IMG/VR virus record: IMGVR_UViG_3300008261_000065
Location: 1-36,185 of that record
Direction: 5' to 3' (one strand)
DNA from: a virus
Taxonomy: Duplodnaviria > Caudoviricetes
Length of the DNA: 36,185 nucleotides
Made by a program: the position numbers and the translations under genes. Positions 24,435 through 34,842 of the stretch are shown here, in pieces. Positions within the stretch are counted from its first letter, which is position 1; the number at the start of each line of letters is the position of its first letter. The notes beneath the pieces are model-generated. The model ran no database searches. It saw nothing but the letters and a program-made list of their open reading frames with translations, and was not told where the DNA came from.

Positions 24435-26000
24435 ATGCCTGCTATTATAACTGACCAATTTAGGGTAATGAATGCCGAGACTTTTATTAAAAGTCTTGTA
24501 TCTGTTGGTAATACTGCTAATAATTACTATACTTTTATTGGGCAACCAAATAGTTTGAATTCGCAAGCAAATGGATCTCCAATTTGGGGAGATGGTCTTC
24601 CCCCACTAGACGGATTTGATGAAGAAAATAGGATAAAAGAAACAATTATAGCATTAAAAAAGGTAACTGGTGACGATATAAGAAGAATGGTTAGGAAGGT
24701 CCAATGGACCTCAGGAACAACCTATGAAATGTATCGTCACGATTATACGATTTATAATAAAACTCCAGTAACTAAACAAGCAAGTCTATATAATGCTAAC
24801 TTTTATGTCATAAATGAAGATTTTAGAGTATATATTTGTTTACAAAATGGTTCAGATCCAGAAAATCCCAACGGAAGACCATCGTTTGATCAACCAGAAT
24901 TTATTGATTTAGAACCAAGACCAGCAGGCACTAGTGGTGATGGGTACATTTGGAAATATTTGTACACAATTAAACCATCGGAAGTTGTAAAATTCGATTC
25001 AATTGAGTTTATACCAGTTCCTGAAAATTGGGGGACAACAGGAGAGACAATTTCCACAAAAAATAATGCTATAGATGGAAAAATAGAAGTAGTTACTATA
25101 AAAAATAGAGGTACTGGATATCAACCAATTTCAAAATCATTTACAAATATTCCAATTTTAGGTGATGGAGTTGGAGGTAAAGTAACAATTACTGTTGACT
25201 CATTCGGAAAAGTATCAGAAGTTTTTGTTACAGATGGTGGTTCTGGGTACACTAAAGGCACTATACGTTTTGAACCAGGTGCTCCAGGAATTCCTTCGGA
25301 GTTATCAAATGGATCAGAATTATCAGAGTTTGAAGTAATCATTCCACCAAAAGGTGGACACGGATATAATATTTACAGAGAACTTGGAGCAAATAGAGTT
25401 TTAATTTATTCTAGATACATAACTGACCCATCAAACCCAGATATTATTTTAGGGAATGATTTTTCTAGAATTGGAATTCTAAAAAATCCAACAATTGCTG
25501 GTAGTGAAACCGAATTATTAACTTTAGGTGAAGTTAGTGGGTTAGATTCACTAAAATTATCTGGACTAAGTACTCAAACTACTTATCCTGTCGATTCTAT
25601 AATTACTCAAACTATTGGAATTGGAGTAACAGCAATTGGATTTGTTGCTGCTTGGGACAATCTTACTGGAATTTTGAAGTATTATCAACCAGTTGGATTG
25701 GCAACACAAGCAGTTAGTTATAAAATAAACAAATTTACTTCATCCCCTGCTCAAGGTGGATCATTATCTATAAATTGTCAAAATATAGTTGGTCCAGTTT
25801 TAAGTATAGATACTTCATTTAGTGGTATAAGCACTGTAATAAATAATAGGACATACCAATTGGGAAGTAATTTTGTCTCTGGGATTTCATCTTCTGAATA
25901 TAATAAAAAATCGGGTGAAATAATTTATATCGATAATAGAAAGGCAATTCCTAGATCATCTAGTCAAAAAGAAGACATAAAAATTATTTTGGAGTTTTAA
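24435..26000 (+). CDS. gp8: baseplate wedge subunit, T4 gp8-like
   Basis: MPAIITDQFR, W.SGT.Y..YR.D, VYICL.NG, DGYIWKYLYTI, SGEIIYIDNR..I.R...Q.EDIKIILEF. Confidence 0.93.
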   Translation: MPAIITDQFRVMNAETFIKSLVSVGNTANNYYTFIGQPNSLNSQANGSPIWGDGLPPLDGFDEENRIKETIIALKKVTGDDIRRMVRKVQWTSGTTYEMYRHDYTIYNKTPVTKQASLYNANFYVINEDFRVYICLQNGSDPENPNGRPSFDQPEFIDLEPRPAGTSGDGYIWKYLYTIKPSEVVKFDSIEFIPVPENWGTTGETISTKNNAIDGKIEVVTIKNRGTGYQPISKSFTNIPILGDGVGGKVTITVDSFGKVSEVFVTDGGSGYTKGTIRFEPGAPGIPSELSNGSELSEFEVIIPPKGGHGYNIYRELGANRVLIYSRYITDPSNPDIILGNDFSRIGILKNPTIAGSETELLTLGEVSGLDSLKLSGLSTQTTYPVDSIITQTIGIGVTAIGFVAAWDNLTGILKYYQPVGLATQAVSYKINKFTSSPAQGGSLSINCQNIVGPVLSIDTSFSGISTVINNRTYQLGSNFVSGISSSEYNKKSGEIIYIDNRKAIPRSSSQKEDIKIILEF

Positions 26001-26006
26001 AGAAAA

Positions 26007-29000
26007 ATGCCTCAGAATACTAATCTAAACATTTCTCCATATTTTGATGATTTTGACGAAGCAAATAATTATAAAAGAGTATTATTTAAACCAGGAACTC
26101 CAATTCAGGCTAGAGAATTAACAACTTTACAGTCAATTCTTCAGAATCAAATTGAGAAATTTGGAAAACATTTTTTCAAAGAAGGATCCGTAGTAATTCC
26201 TGGACAAATTTCGTATGATTCAAATTATTTTTGTGTTCAAGTAGATGAAACACATTTAGGAATTCCAGTATCACTGTATCTTGATAAGTTTAAAGGAAAA
26301 TTAATCAAAGGTGAACTTAGTGGAGTAACAGCAAAAGTTGAAAATATTATATCTAGTGTAGAGTCAGAAAGAAACAATTATACAATATATGTAAAATATC
26401 AAAGTTCTAGTGATGTTAATTTTACCAATAATACTTTTGTAGATGGTGAAAATTTAATTTCAGTTGATGACGTTTCATATGGAATATCTGCAATAAGAGC
26501 AGGAACAACATTTGCAACTACAAATATTTCAAATTCAACTGCAGTTGGATCTGCGGCAAAAATTGCTTCTGGTGTTTATTTCATCAGAGGATTTTTTGTA
26601 AATGTTCAAGAGCAGTCAATAATATTAGATCAATATTCAAATTCACCATCTTATAGAGTTGGTTTATTGATTGATGAGGAACTAGCAGTAGCTTCCAATC
26701 AATATCAAGATCTATATGATAATGCTCAAGGATTTTCAAACTATGCTGCTCCAGGTGCAGATAGACTTAAAATTGAAGTTACTTTAATAAAAAAAGAGAT
26801 AGATAATTTCAATGATGAAAACTTTATTGAATTAATTAGATTAAACAATGGTGTGTTGCAAAAGTTTGTAACAACATCAAACTATGATTTAATCAGAGAT
26901 GAATTAGCAAGAAGAACTTATGATGAGTCTGGAGATTATTATATTAGACCTTTTAATATAACATTAAAAGAGTCACTCAATGATAGAATCGGTAATGATG
27001 GAATGTTTTATGAAACAGACAAAACAAGACAAGGAAATGTCCCATCAGAAAATCTTGGAAGTATTGTAATTGGACCCGGAAAAGCATACGTTCGAGGGTA
27101 TGATGTAGAAACTATTGATAATTTGGTAGTAGATTTTAACAAACCAAGAGACACAGAAAAACAAGAAAATCAATCCATTCCATTTAATGTAGGAAGACAA
27201 ATTTTACTCAATAATGTTTATGGATCTGGATTTATTGGATTTGGTTCTGAGGCAAAAATAGATTTATATTCTGATAGAACTTCTACTCCTGGTGTAGCAT
27301 CAGGAAATAAAATTGGAGTTGCTAGAATATATGATTTTAAATTGAGAAATGCAGAATATCAAAATGCAGCAACTCAATTTGAATGTTCTTTATATGATGT
27401 TCAGACATATACAAAAATTATCTTAAATACAGGAGTTGATATAGATGCTCCAGCATTTATAGAAGGAAAAAATAGTTCTGCTTCTGGTTATTTGGTTAAT
27501 AGTGTAAACGATTCAGAAATATTACTTCTATATCAGGTATCTGGATCATTTAGTGTTAATGAAAGAATATCCATAAATGGAATAGACAATGGAAGAATTA
27601 TAAAAAGTATTAGAGATTATAGTTTATCTGATGTTCAACAAATAAAAAATAGTTCTGGAATCTCTACATTTACTGCTGACACATTATTAAATGCTAAAAT
27701 ATTTTTATCTGACCCATCAACACAATATACCATAACTTCTACTGGTCAGATCACAGCATCAGATTCAAATTTTTATGTTGGAATTCAAACTGGTGATATA
27801 ATTTCATACTCTAGACAGGGATCTACCGTTCCTGTTTATAATAAAGTAACCGAGATCGATCCACCCAATAATAAAATAATTGTTTCTTCAATAACTTCTG
27901 TATCTGGGGTTTGCACTGGAGCACTTCCTGCGGCAACTGTAACCGTAAATGATTTAAAAAAATTATCTTTAGAAGTTTTAAATTCAAACAATTCTTATCT
28001 CTATTCAAGATTATATCATAAAAATATTGCAACTTTAGATCTATCAGATTCCAATATAATAATAAGAAAATCATATAATATTGTAGTATCTGCAAATTCT
28101 TATTCGTCAACATTAGAAACTGACATAAACTTAACTTTAGAGCCTTTTGATGAAGAGGATTATACTTTAACTTACATTTCCAATGGAATAGTCGAACCAC
28201 TTAGTAATCAAAAACTAAATGTTTCAGGAAGAACTATATCTTTATCAAATCTATCTTCGAATGGTAATGCAATATTAACAGTTACATATAAAAAAGTTAA
28301 TACAAAAGTAAAGAAAAAAACATTTAATAGATCTTCTAGTTTAGTTATTAGTGGTTCTAATTCATCCGCATCCGGTATAGGAAACACCACGTTAAATGAT
28401 GGTCTTACATACAGGGCAGCATATGGATTAAGAGTCCAGGATAAGGTAATATCACTTAATGTTCCTGATGTAGTTTCCGTATTGGGAATTTATGAATCAT
28501 CATCTACAGATGATCCTAGTTTACCAACTATTACGTTTAGTTCTTTGAACTCAACTACGGATAACTTTATTTCTGGTGAGCAATTAATAGGAAAAACTAG
28601 TGGATCTGTTGCTCAATTTGTAATAACATCTGGAGTTAATCAAATTGAGATTGTATATTTAAATGAAAATAAATTTTCTATTGGTGAGACAATAATCTCT
28701 AAGGAGACAAACATAACAGGAGTTGTCGGTTCTTTAGGTGCAGGTGATAAAAATATTAAAGATAACTTTATCTTAGACAATGGACAAAGACTTGAATATT
28801 ATGATTATTCCAGATTAATAAGAAAACAAGAAGTTTCTGCTCCAACTAAAAAGATTAGAGTAATTTATAATAGTTACGTAATTGATTCAAATGATGAAGG
28901 TGATTTTGTATCTGTAGATTCATATGATGCTGATAGATATTCAAAAGAAATAGCAACAATAAATGGAATTAGAACTTCTGATATTATTGACTTAAGACCA

Positions 29001-32000
29001 AGAGTAGATGATTTTTCACCATTAAACGCAATTTATTCTCCTTTTGAATATAGTGCAAGAGTCTTTAGTCCTTATTCCAATTCAGCAACAAATATTTTTG
29101 CTAAAGATAAAACAATAAATCTTTCATATTCTTATTATCTACCAAGAATAGATAAAGTATTTTTAACAAAAGAAGGATCATTTATTATCAGTACTGGAAT
29201 TCCATCATTAACACCTAAAGCACCAAACAATGTAGACTCTGCTTTAGAGATATGCACAATATATTACCCTGCATATCTTTATGATATTAGACAGGCACAA
29301 ATATCTTTAGTAAGTCATAAGAGATATCGTATGAAAGATATCTCCAGACTAGAAGATAGATTATCCAACGTTGAATATTACACATCACTTTCTTTATTGG
29401 AAACTGATACCAAAAATCTCTCCATAAGAGACGCACAAACAGGATTAGATAGATTCAAGTGTGGATTCTTTGTTGATAACTTTAAATCATATCTTGGTGG
29501 AGATATTTCTAATAGGTTGTATAGAGCAAGTGTTGATACTTCCTTTGGTCAATTAAGACCAATGCATTATACTACCTCCGTTGATCTACTTTTAGGTTCA
29601 AGTAGCATACTTGGCATTGGAACTATTTCAGATCCAAATGTAGATTTAAGATTTGTTAATGACCTTGGTAATCCAAATGCGAAGAGAATAGGAGATATAA
29701 TATGCTTAGACTATTCCGAAGTAGTATTTACAGAAAATAAATTTGCAACAAGAACAGAAAATGTCAATCCATTCAATACCCCAACTTGGATTGGTTCTAT
29801 TGAATTAAATCCATCTACTGATACTTGGATTGAAACAAGAAGAACAGAAAGAGTGGATGATATTGAAGGAAGTTATTCTTCTTCAATACAACAGTTAGGA
29901 GTTGATACTAATACTGGACTATCTCCAGTAAACTGGAATGCTTGGGAAACAAATTGGACAGGAACTTCTGTTGTTGAAGGTCCAGTAATTGCAAGATTAA
30001 ATGAAAGAACCAGAACTTCTGCTACTGTTCAAAACAGATGGGTAACCGTAACTACAGAATCAGAATGGACTGAACTTAGAAATAATACTATAACAACGAC
30101 AACAAATCAAAGTAGACAAGGAATTCAATTTGGAGTTTCTGAAAGATTTGACACAACATCTCTTGGGGACAGAGTTGTTTCTAGAGCAATTTTAACATTA
30201 ATGAGATCAAGAAACATTGAAGTTGTTGCAAGAAGAATGAAACCTTCTACTAGATTGTATGCATTTTTTGACAATATTGATGTTACTAACTTCATTGTTC
30301 CAAAACTAATAGAAATTAGAATGGTTAGTGGAACTTTCCAAAAAGGAGAAGTTGTAATTGGAACAATGCCTTCTGGTGGAGCAAATAGAACAATAAGATT
30401 TAGACTTGCAAGACCAGATCATAAATATGGTCCATATAATTTCCCAACAAATCCAGGATCTGCAAATCTCTCATTTTTACCATTTTTTGATACTTATAAG
30501 ACAAATCCATATAATCCCACAAACTCCATAGGAACTGAGTATTCATCTACATCTACAATATTGAATGTTGACACTGCAAGTTTAGAATTGCAATCACAAT
30601 CAGATTTCTTTGGTTGCATTGCATCTCAAATGCAACTTGTTGGACAAACAAGTAACGCAGTTGCAGTTGTTAATGATTTAAGATTAATTACAGATCAATC
30701 TGGAACTTTTATTGGATCTTTGTTTATTCCAGATCCAACAATTCCATCAAATCCATCTTTCCAAACTGGAACAAAAACTCTTACATTAACAACAAGTCCA
30801 ACTAATTCAAGAACATCTGCACCATCAGATAGCATTGGTGAAGCAAACTTTACTGCTAGTGGAACAATTGACAATGTAGAAAATGTTACTTTAAGAATTA
30901 GAAATGCAGAAGTTGAAAGATTGTCAATTTCAGAGGCAAGAACTCTTTCGGAAACTGAGGATAGATTAGTTGCACAAAACAGATCAAGTAGAACAACTAG
31001 AACTTATTATGATCCATTAGCACAATCATTTGAAGTAACTGATGTTAATGGTGTATTTGTAACAAAATGTGAGGTTTACTTTAAGACTAAGGATCCAACC
31101 GAAGTCCCAGTTACAATGCAAATTAGAACAGTTCAATTGGGAACTCCAACTCAAGAAATTTTACCTTTCTCTGAAGTATCTCTAGAACCAGACCAAATTT
31201 CTGTATCTGGTGATGCTACTGTTCCAACTACATTTACCTTCAAAGCACCAGTTTACTTAGAAGGTGGTGGTGAGTATGCCATCGTATTACTATCAAACTC
31301 AGATTCATATAATGTATGGATTTCTAGAATGACTGAGGTTGATGTTACATCTCAAAATAGACCAGAATCTGAGAGAATTATTGTTTCTAGACAACCAACA
31401 CTAGGATCGTTGTTTAAGTCTCAGAATGCATCTACTTGGGATGCTTCACAATTAGAAGATTTGAAGTTTACACTTTATAGAGCAAACTTTACAACAAATG
31501 ATGCTATCGTTAGATTCTACAATCCACCTCTTGGAATTGGAAATAGACAAATTGCTTCACTAAGGACAAATCCAATTGTTGCATATTCACAAAAAATTCT
31601 TGTTGGATTAGCACAAAGTATGAGTCAATTTGATATTAATAACTTAACTCCAGGGGTCAAGTTATATCAAAGTAATTATCCAGAGTTTTCTGGTAATCTA
31701 GTAAGTATTGTGGGGTCTGTTGGAATTGGATCAACATTGTCGATAACTAATGTTGGATCTGCTTATACTGCAAATAGAACTTATAGTAATGTTCCAATGA
31801 CAACTTTATCTGGAAGAGGTTTTGGAGCAAGAGTTAATTTAACAATTCAAAATAATATCGCAGTTGCTGCTACAGTTTCTGTTGGTGGAACTGGGTATTC
31901 TGTTGGTGATACGATGACAGTACAAAGTCAGTATACTGGGGGATTTGGCAAGAATCTAATATTGTCCATTCCAAATAATGTGGGAATTTTGAGTTCTTTC

Positions 32001-33545
32001 AATTCTATGATAATTGAAAATATTCAAGATAATATTAATACTTCTGGTGTATTAAACCAAATTCAATATGCTGGTGTAGGAAATACTATAACTACTGTCA
32101 CAAATGGATTTGTCATTTATAGTGAAACTATTGATGATGGATTGCATTTAAAAGTAAATCACAATAACCATGGAATGTATTCAGATTTAAATTATGTAAC
32201 TTTATTTGATATTGAATCCGATGTACCACCATCAACTCTAACTGCAGAATATAATCAAAGTTCAACATCAGAAATACAATTGTCTAATGTTGGTATCTTT
32301 ACTTATTTCGAAAATGTGGGAGTTTCTTCTGATAATCCTGGATATGTCAAAATCAATAATGAAATAATTAAATATACTGGTATTAATACTGCATCACACT
32401 CTCTGAATGGTATAACTAGGGGTATTGATATTATTGATTCAATAAATCCAAATACAAGAACAAGTCTCTCCATAAACGCACATCCAGTTGGTTCTCAGGT
32501 GTTTAAATATGAATTTAATGGAGTATCACTCAGAAGAATTAATAAGACTCATTATTTTGGAGAGGTAGATTTGAACAAATATCCTATTCAACTTGATAGT
32601 TATCATGTAAAACTTGATATGACAAAATCAGGAAAGGATAGAAAATTTGGAACACCTAGATTATATTTCAAGGAAACAAAAACAGGCGGAACTTACCAGT
32701 CCAATTTAAGTTCAACTGGAGCTAACACATTAAGTGGTCCAAAGGCAACTCAGAATATTCCATATAGCATTATTAGACCTAATGTTCAATTTATGACCCC
32801 AGAAACAACATCTATTGATGCTCAAATACGAACTGTTTCTGGATCAAGTATTGATGGAAATGAAAGTTCCTTTGTTGAGCAATCATATATTCCAGTATCC
32901 CTAAATTCTAATAATTTCTTACCAACACCTAGATTAATTACATCAAAAGTAAATTCAGAAAAGAATTTATCAAATAATCAAGGAAATACATCATTGACTA
33001 TGGAATTGAAACTTTCTACTACTGATAGTAAAGTTTCCCCAATAATTGATTTGGATAGAGTAAATGTTATTACTTCAATGAATAGAATTAATTCTCCAGT
33101 ATCAAATTATAAAACAGATTCTAGAGTAAATAGTCTTTTTGATGATCCAAATGCTGCGATTTATATTTCTAAAGTAATTAGATTAGAAAAAAATGCTGAT
33201 AGTTTAAAAGTATATTTTGATGCATTTAGAGATTCAACTAATGAAATTGTTGTACTTTATAGAATATTAAGACCAGATACTCCAGATGATCAACAACTTT
33301 ATGAATTATTCCCTGGATATAATAATATTGACGATTTTGGAAATACTGTTGATCAAAAGGAAAATAATGGATTATCAGATAAGTTTGTTTCTGAATCATT
33401 AGCATTAGATGATTTTAGATCATACGAATATACAGCAAAGAATCTTCCATTGTTTAATGGATATCAAATTAAAATTATAATGACAGGAACAAATCAAGCA
33501 ATAACACCATTAATTAGAGATCTGAGAGTGATAGCAACAATATGA
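26007..33545 (+). CDS. vrlC: large virion structural protein, VrlC/DUF4815-like (2512 aa)
   Basis: N.NLN.SPYFDDF, VLFKPG..QARELT.LQS, APGADR, LARRTYDESGDY, RFKCGFFVDNF, DPLAQSF, GSLFKSQN.STW. Confidence 0.85.
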   Translation: MPQNTNLNISPYFDDFDEANNYKRVLFKPGTPIQARELTTLQSILQNQIEKFGKHFFKEGSVVIPGQISYDSNYFCVQVDETHLGIPVSLYLDKFKGKLIKGELSGVTAKVENIISSVESERNNYTIYVKYQSSSDVNFTNNTFVDGENLISVDDVSYGISAIRAGTTFATTNISNSTAVGSAAKIASGVYFIRGFFVNVQEQSIILDQYSNSPSYRVGLLIDEELAVASNQYQDLYDNAQGFSNYAAPGADRLKIEVTLIKKEIDNFNDENFIELIRLNNGVLQKFVTTSNYDLIRDELARRTYDESGDYYIRPFNITLKESLNDRIGNDGMFYETDKTRQGNVPSENLGSIVIGPGKAYVRGYDVETIDNLVVDFNKPRDTEKQENQSIPFNVGRQILLNNVYGSGFIGFGSEAKIDLYSDRTSTPGVASGNKIGVARIYDFKLRNAEYQNAATQFECSLYDVQTYTKIILNTGVDIDAPAFIEGKNSSASGYLVNSVNDSEILLLYQVSGSFSVNERISINGIDNGRIIKSIRDYSLSDVQQIKNSSGISTFTADTLLNAKIFLSDPSTQYTITSTGQITASDSNFYVGIQTGDIISYSRQGSTVPVYNKVTEIDPPNNKIIVSSITSVSGVCTGALPAATVTVNDLKKLSLEVLNSNNSYLYSRLYHKNIATLDLSDSNIIIRKSYNIVVSANSYSSTLETDINLTLEPFDEEDYTLTYISNGIVEPLSNQKLNVSGRTISLSNLSSNGNAILTVTYKKVNTKVKKKTFNRSSSLVISGSNSSASGIGNTTLNDGLTYRAAYGLRVQDKVISLNVPDVVSVLGIYESSSTDDPSLPTITFSSLNSTTDNFISGEQLIGKTSGSVAQFVITSGVNQIEIVYLNENKFSIGETIISKETNITGVVGSLGAGDKNIKDNFILDNGQRLEYYDYSRLIRKQEVSAPTKKIRVIYNSYVIDSNDEGDFVSVDSYDADRYSKEIATINGIRTSDIIDLRPRVDDFSPLNAIYSPFEYSARVFSPYSNSATNIFAKDKTINLSYSYYLPRIDKVFLTKEGSFIISTGIPSLTPKAPNNVDSALEICTIYYPAYLYDIRQAQISLVSHKRYRMKDISRLEDRLSNVEYYTSLSLLETDTKNLSIRDAQTGLDRFKCGFFVDNFKSYLGGDISNRLYRASVDTSFGQLRPMHYTTSVDLLLGSSSILGIGTISDPNVDLRFVNDLGNPNAKRIGDIICLDYSEVVFTENKFATRTENVNPFNTPTWIGSIELNPSTDTWIETRRTERVDDIEGSYSSSIQQLGVDTNTGLSPVNWNAWETNWTGTSVVEGPVIARLNERTRTSATVQNRWVTVTTESEWTELRNNTITTTTNQSRQGIQFGVSERFDTTSLGDRVVSRAILTLMRSRNIEVVARRMKPSTRLYAFFDNIDVTNFIVPKLIEIRMVSGTFQKGEVVIGTMPSGGANRTIRFRLARPDHKYGPYNFPTNPGSANLSFLPFFDTYKTNPYNPTNSIGTEYSSTSTILNVDTASLELQSQSDFFGCIASQMQLVGQTSNAVAVVNDLRLITDQSGTFIGSLFIPDPTIPSNPSFQTGTKTLTLTTSPTNSRTSAPSDSIGEANFTASGTIDNVENVTLRIRNAEVERLSISEARTLSETEDRLVAQNRSSRTTRTYYDPLAQSFEVTDVNGVFVTKCEVYFKTKDPTEVPVTMQIRTVQLGTPTQEILPFSEVSLEPDQISVSGDATVPTTFTFKAPVYLEGGGEYAIVLLSNSDSYNVWISRMTEVDVTSQNRPESERIIVSRQPTLGSLFKSQNASTWDASQLEDLKFTLYRANFTTNDAIVRFYNPPLGIGNRQIASLRTNPIVAYSQKILVGLAQSMSQFDINNLTPGVKLYQSNYPEFSGNLVSIVGSVGIGSTLSITNVGSAYTANRTYSNVPMTTLSGRGFGARVNLTIQNNIAVAATVSVGGTGYSVGDTMTVQSQYTGGFGKNLILSIPNNVGILSSFNSMIIENIQDNINTSGVLNQIQYAGVGNTITTVTNGFVIYSETIDDGLHLKVNHNNHGMYSDLNYVTLFDIESDVPPSTLTAEYNQSSTSEIQLSNVGIFTYFENVGVSSDNPGYVKINNEIIKYTGINTASHSLNGITRGIDIIDSINPNTRTSLSINAHPVGSQVFKYEFNGVSLRRINKTHYFGEVDLNKYPIQLDSYHVKLDMTKSGKDRKFGTPRLYFKETKTGGTYQSNLSSTGANTLSGPKATQNIPYSIIRPNVQFMTPETTSIDAQIRTVSGSSIDGNESSFVEQSYIPVSLNSNNFLPTPRLITSKVNSEKNLSNNQGNTSLTMELKLSTTDSKVSPIIDLDRVNVITSMNRINSPVSNYKTDSRVNSLFDDPNAAIYISKVIRLEKNADSLKVYFDAFRDSTNEIVVLYRILRPDTPDDQQLYELFPGYNNIDDFGNTVDQKENNGLSDKFVSESLALDDFRSYEYTAKNLPLFNGYQIKIIMTGTNQAITPLIRDLRVIATI

Positions 33546-33745
33546 TACCAGTAAAAGAAAATAAAGGTCTTTTCCGAGACGAAAAGACCAATTCAATTAT
33601 AAATTGCGATGATTTACAATATGAACAGTATATGAAAATGAAATCACTTAAAAATAAAGAAAAAAGTGAATTGGAAGAATTAAAGTCTGATATAAATGAG
33701 ATAAAATCTGTACTAAAAATTCTTCTAGAAAAGATAAATAACTAA
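33542..33745 (+). CDS. conserved small coiled-coil protein that follows VrlC-like genes (67 aa)
   Basis: V....GL.RD..T..IIN.D...Y..Y; ELK.DI.EIK.L; ATGA overlap. Confidence 0.85.
   Translation: MIPVKENKGLFRDEKTNSIINCDDLQYEQYMKMKSLKNKEKSELEELKSDINEIKSVLKILLEKINN
33733..33740 (+). promoter_or_regulatory. T4-type late promoter (GATAAATA)
   Basis: 25 nt upstream of ATG33766. Confidence 0.6.
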
Positions 33746-33765
33746 AATCCACTTTCAATTATCTA

Positions 33766-34101
33766 ATGTCTGCGAAGCAAATAAATCTGGTAATAGAACA
33801 GGGAACGGATTTTGAAAGTACTTTTACAATTTACAATGAGAATGGAACAAAATTAAACTTAACCGGATTTACTGGTATGAGTTTAGTTAAAAAAAGTACA
33901 TATTCATCAACATCATATCCATTTACTGTAACTTTTCCAAATAGAATAGGTGGTCAAATTAGTGTTTCCATGGGAAGAAGTGATACTTCTTTAATTGAAG
34001 GTGGAAGATATGTTTATGATGTTGTTATTACCTCACCAAATAATTATAGAAGAAGAGTAGTTCAGGGAAGTGTTTTAGTAACACCAGGAGTTAGTCTATG
34101 A
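33766..34101 (+). CDS. small virion structural protein, Ig-like beta-sandwich (111 aa)
   Basis: NL.IEQGTDF, LNLTG.T and GRYVYDV..RVVQG.V.VTPGV motif family. Confidence 0.8.
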   Translation: MSAKQINLVIEQGTDFESTFTIYNENGTKLNLTGFTGMSLVKKSTYSSTSYPFTVTFPNRIGGQISVSMGRSDTSLIEGGRYVYDVVITSPNNYRRRVVQGSVLVTPGVSL

Positions 34102-34778
34102 CAAATTATGATGTAAGATTAACTTCTCAAGATAGGTTTTCAGTAGATGTAAACTACGAAATACCATTAAAACAGGTACAATATAATAATCTTATTATTG
34201 ATGACATCTCAAGTCAATTCAATAATACTCAAACAAACTTCACTCTTTATGTAAATGGTGAAGAATATTTCCCAATTAACGAGCAGCAACTTTTAATATC
34301 TATTAATGATGTTCTATTAGAACCAGTAGTAGATTATCAAGTTTCTGGTAGTACTATTACTTTTACTATTCCCCCATCAAGTGGAAATACTTTTTCTGGA
34401 ATTGCATTAGTAACTACTGCAGACTTAACTAGAACAATAGTATTTTTAATTGATAATGGTTCATTGGATATATCTCCAGGAAGCAAAGGATATATTTCAC
34501 TAGATGTTAGTGGAACAATAGAATCCTGGACCATTTTATCAGAAGATACCGGATCTATCGCAATAGATATAAAAAAGACATCATATGCAGATTTCCCCAA
34601 TAATTTTATTTCAATAGTTGGGGGAGAAATTCCTGTCCTAATTAATCAAAATAAAAATAAAGATGATATCCTGACAACTTGGGATAAATTTTTAAATACT
34701 GGTGACATCCTTGATTTTGAAGTACTAAGTTGCTCTGGTATTTCAAAATGTACTTTAACACTTAAATTGAAGATATAA
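34098..34778 (+). CDS. putative virion structural protein (226 aa)
   Basis: DDISSQFN..T.F.L, ISIN.V..EP..DY..SG..ITF..PP domain; C-terminal G.I.SW...GSI.IDI.K domain. Confidence 0.75.
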   Translation: MTNYDVRLTSQDRFSVDVNYEIPLKQVQYNNLIIDDISSQFNNTQTNFTLYVNGEEYFPINEQQLLISINDVLLEPVVDYQVSGSTITFTIPPSSGNTFSGIALVTTADLTRTIVFLIDNGSLDISPGSKGYISLDVSGTIESWTILSEDTGSIAIDIKKTSYADFPNNFISIVGGEIPVLINQNKNKDDILTTWDKFLNTGDILDFEVLSCSGISKCTLTLKLKI

Positions 34779-34790
34779 GAACTTTTAGAT

Positions 34791-34798
34791 TATAAATA
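34791..34798 (+). promoter_or_regulatory. T4 late promoter consensus TATAAATA
   Basis: Exact consensus, intergenic, upstream of a gene with an AGGAG RBS. Confidence 0.8.
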
Positions 34799-34842
34799 AA
34801 GATATAAAACATTTTTAATTGTATATTCCAGGAGATTAGTAG

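Noticed and set aside
8999-33545. Inteins, introns, homing endonucleases or a DGR target in the giant ORFs
   Set aside because: No intein terminal motifs, no LAGLIDADG/HNH/GIY-YIG signatures, no reverse transcriptase and no TR/VR pair seen by eye
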